Both the position numbers and the translations under genes were made by a program. A DNA stretch of 64,000 bases from Desulfurococcaceae archaeon (GTDB lineage Archaea > Thermoproteota > Thermoprotei_A > Sulfolobales > Desulfurococcaceae): the NCBI GenBank assembly GCA_041287395.1, contig JBEULI010000029.1:4837-68836 (forward strand), read 5' to 3'. Below the pieces are notes generated by a model that was not told where the DNA came from, did no database searches, and saw only the letters and a list, made by a program, of their open reading frames with translations. Positions 62,677-64,000 of this stretch are shown in pieces; position 1 is the first letter of the stretch; each line of letters begins with the position of its first letter.

Positions 62677-63735
62677 TTGGCCTGGCACCTGCTATTGCTA
62701 TTAGCCCTGGCAACGGCCCTGGGACAACAGTTCGAAGTACGCGTGACTGATCTACGGGGCACCCCAGTCCAAGGCGCCCTGGTCGAGGTCGTGAACCCTT
62801 CCACCGGCTCATCGTCGAGCGGAACGACCGACGCGAGCGGCACGGCAATTCTAGAGGGATTGGCGGGCCAGGGGCTCTACTACGTCAGGGTCTGGCTCGG
62901 CAACAGGAGCATCCCGTTGAAGGGGCTTCCCAGGCTCGGCGACAAATACGTCGCCCAGGTGAGCGGCGGCAAGCTGAACTTGACGCTGGAAGCGCTGGCG
63001 TTAGGCTCGATCGAGCTGGTAGACGAGCGCGGCAAGCCCCTGGCTGGGGTCCGCGTCGTCGCCAGGCTTGATGGGAAGCCGATATATGATGGCCTGGCGA
63101 GCGACGGCGCCGTGGCGTTCTCGCCTCCCGCCTTGATCGCGGGGGGCGATGTCCTCGAGGTGACGGTTGAGGGCCCCGGGGGGATAGGGGGCTCGGCCGC
63201 CTTCACGCTCGATAACGTATCTACACAACTGATCTTTCCGCTGGGAACCCCCAGATTGGGCGTGGGCTACGTTAACGCCACGTGTAGCGGCCCCGGCGTG
63301 CTCGTGAGAGCGCTCATCAACATCGACTACGGCCTGGCGGTGCTCGGCCGCGACTACCGCGCCGCGAATGCCACGTTGGTCGTTGGGGGCGCCGAGTTCG
63401 CGGCCAAAGTGACGCCCGAAGCCGATGGGGTCCTCGCCGTGGAAGCCTTCGTGAGCGGGGCACTGGCCGGCGCCGCTTCGATCACGATGGCATTCGTCAC
63501 GAGCTGGGGCGTCGAGAAGGTCGCCACAATTTCCCTATCCGTCAACTGGCCCACCTGTGTAACGACGTCAGGCCAGTTGACAAGCAACGCCACCAGTCAT
63601 GGCCAGGGCCTAGCCACGTTTACATTGCCAGCCACCAACGGGATGTCGAGCCTGGCGAACTTGTTGGTATTGGCCGAGCTCCTTACGGCGGTCGCCGCAA
63701 TAACCGTCGAGCTGGTCCTGATCAAGAGGAGATGA
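62677..63735 (+). CDS. surface protein: signal peptide, carboxypeptidase-regulatory-like beta-sandwich repeats, C-terminal TM anchor
   Basis: N-terminus LLLLLALATALGQQ. The repeated pattern RGTPVQGALVEVV...GTTDASGTAIL / RGKPLAGVRVVARL...DGAVAF resembles the CarboxypepD_reg fold. The C-terminal anchor is LLVLAELLTAVAAITVELVLIKRR. Confidence 0.6.
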   Translation: MAWHLLLLLALATALGQQFEVRVTDLRGTPVQGALVEVVNPSTGSSSSGTTDASGTAILEGLAGQGLYYVRVWLGNRSIPLKGLPRLGDKYVAQVSGGKLNLTLEALALGSIELVDERGKPLAGVRVVARLDGKPIYDGLASDGAVAFSPPALIAGGDVLEVTVEGPGGIGGSAAFTLDNVSTQLIFPLGTPRLGVGYVNATCSGPGVLVRALINIDYGLAVLGRDYRAANATLVVGGAEFAAKVTPEADGVLAVEAFVSGALAGAASITMAFVTSWGVEKVATISLSVNWPTCVTTSGQLTSNATSHGQGLATFTLPATNGMSSLANLLVLAELLTAVAAITVELVLIKRR

Positions 63736-64000
63736 TGAGGGGGTTCTCCTTCGCGAGCCCTCTTGCAAGCCTCGAGAGGGCCCTGGCCGAGAGCTCCAGG
63801 GCCTCCAGCGACTTCGTGGAGCGACCGACGCCCACGAGGGCGTAGCGCGCTAGGGCCTCGACCACCTGCTCGAAGCGCTCGGGCAACACCGCGAGCAACA
63901 CCCCATCCGAGAGCCTCCAGGGAATTCCGTTGGACTTTATCACTGCGCCTATGACCTCGTCTGCGATCTCATTTAGCACGAGGGCCCTCTCCAGGGGGCT
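63722..64000 (-). CDS. hypothetical protein, N-terminus possibly beyond window
   Basis: The frame stays open to the window edge. The track lists a GTG start at 63979. No motif recognised. Confidence 0.3.
   Translation of the reverse strand, partial: SPLERALVLNEIADEVIGAVIKSNGIPWRLSDGVLLAVLPERFEQVVEALARYALVGVGRSTKSLEALELSARALSRLARGLAKENPLIISS

Overview
A gene-dense, high-GC 64-kb segment of an archaeal chromosome. It looks crenarchaeal (Thermoprotei-like): two tRNAs carry introns, TATA-like boxes sit about 25-30 nt upstream of all three tRNA genes, many genes overlap at stop/start, and several enzymes are archaea-specific (pantoate kinase, DtdA, Taw3, Trm5, Tfx, ADP-forming acetyl-CoA synthetase, ApgM). 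I support about 64 CDS, 3 tRNAs (Val-UAC with a 14-nt intron, Pro-UGG, and a CAU tRNA with a 36-nt intron), and a few promoter, terminator and repeat elements. I saw no rRNA, CRISPR array or intact transposase/integrase.

Main blocks, in order:
- 1-5.5 kb: pantoate/CoA gene string (pantoate kinase, apgM, panB, panE) with an embedded HTH-ThiN regulator.
- 5.6-7.6 kb: ABC-2 exporter.
- 7.6-19.8 kb: alpha-glucan/glycogen locus. It holds a wHTH gene, a maltokinase-like kinase, three GH57 paralogues, glycogen synthase, a DHH phosphoesterase and a GH13 enzyme.
- 22-27.6 kb: cluster of exported, sequon-rich proteins, including a membrane-tethered winged-helix protein whose ectodomain is paralogous to its neighbour.
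- 28-37.6 kb: housekeeping genes (MoaD-like Ubl, DtdA, Taw3, ACS-alpha, NAPRTase, YjbQ).
- 37.7-43.6 kb: two tandem ribbon-helix-helix paralogues, a 1002-aa SlaB/tetrabrachion-like envelope protein, tRNA-Val and a processive-type GT2.
- 46-51.3 kb: NadE, an HD phosphohydrolase divergent from a stand-alone NurA-HerA pair.
- 51.3-52.7 kb: tRNA-Pro followed by an AT-richer ~1.25-kb remnant with a HEPN-MNT module, ending in a degenerate copy of the tRNA-Pro 3' end.
- 52.8-56.3 kb: nucleotide salvage genes (dcd, guaA, PRTases).
- 56.5-63.7 kb: Tfx, a second processive GT2, MoeA, a MOP flippase, Nth, Trm5 and another surface protein.

Most interesting candidates: the membrane-tethered wHTH/paralogue module, the RHH pair with shared GTGCAC operator-like motifs ahead of the envelope gene, the Mak-like kinase with no GlgE in view, the HD/NurA/HerA trio, and the tRNA-Pro integration scar.

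All function calls come from by-eye motif recognition, with no database search. Hand-counted motif coordinates may be off by 1-2 nt.
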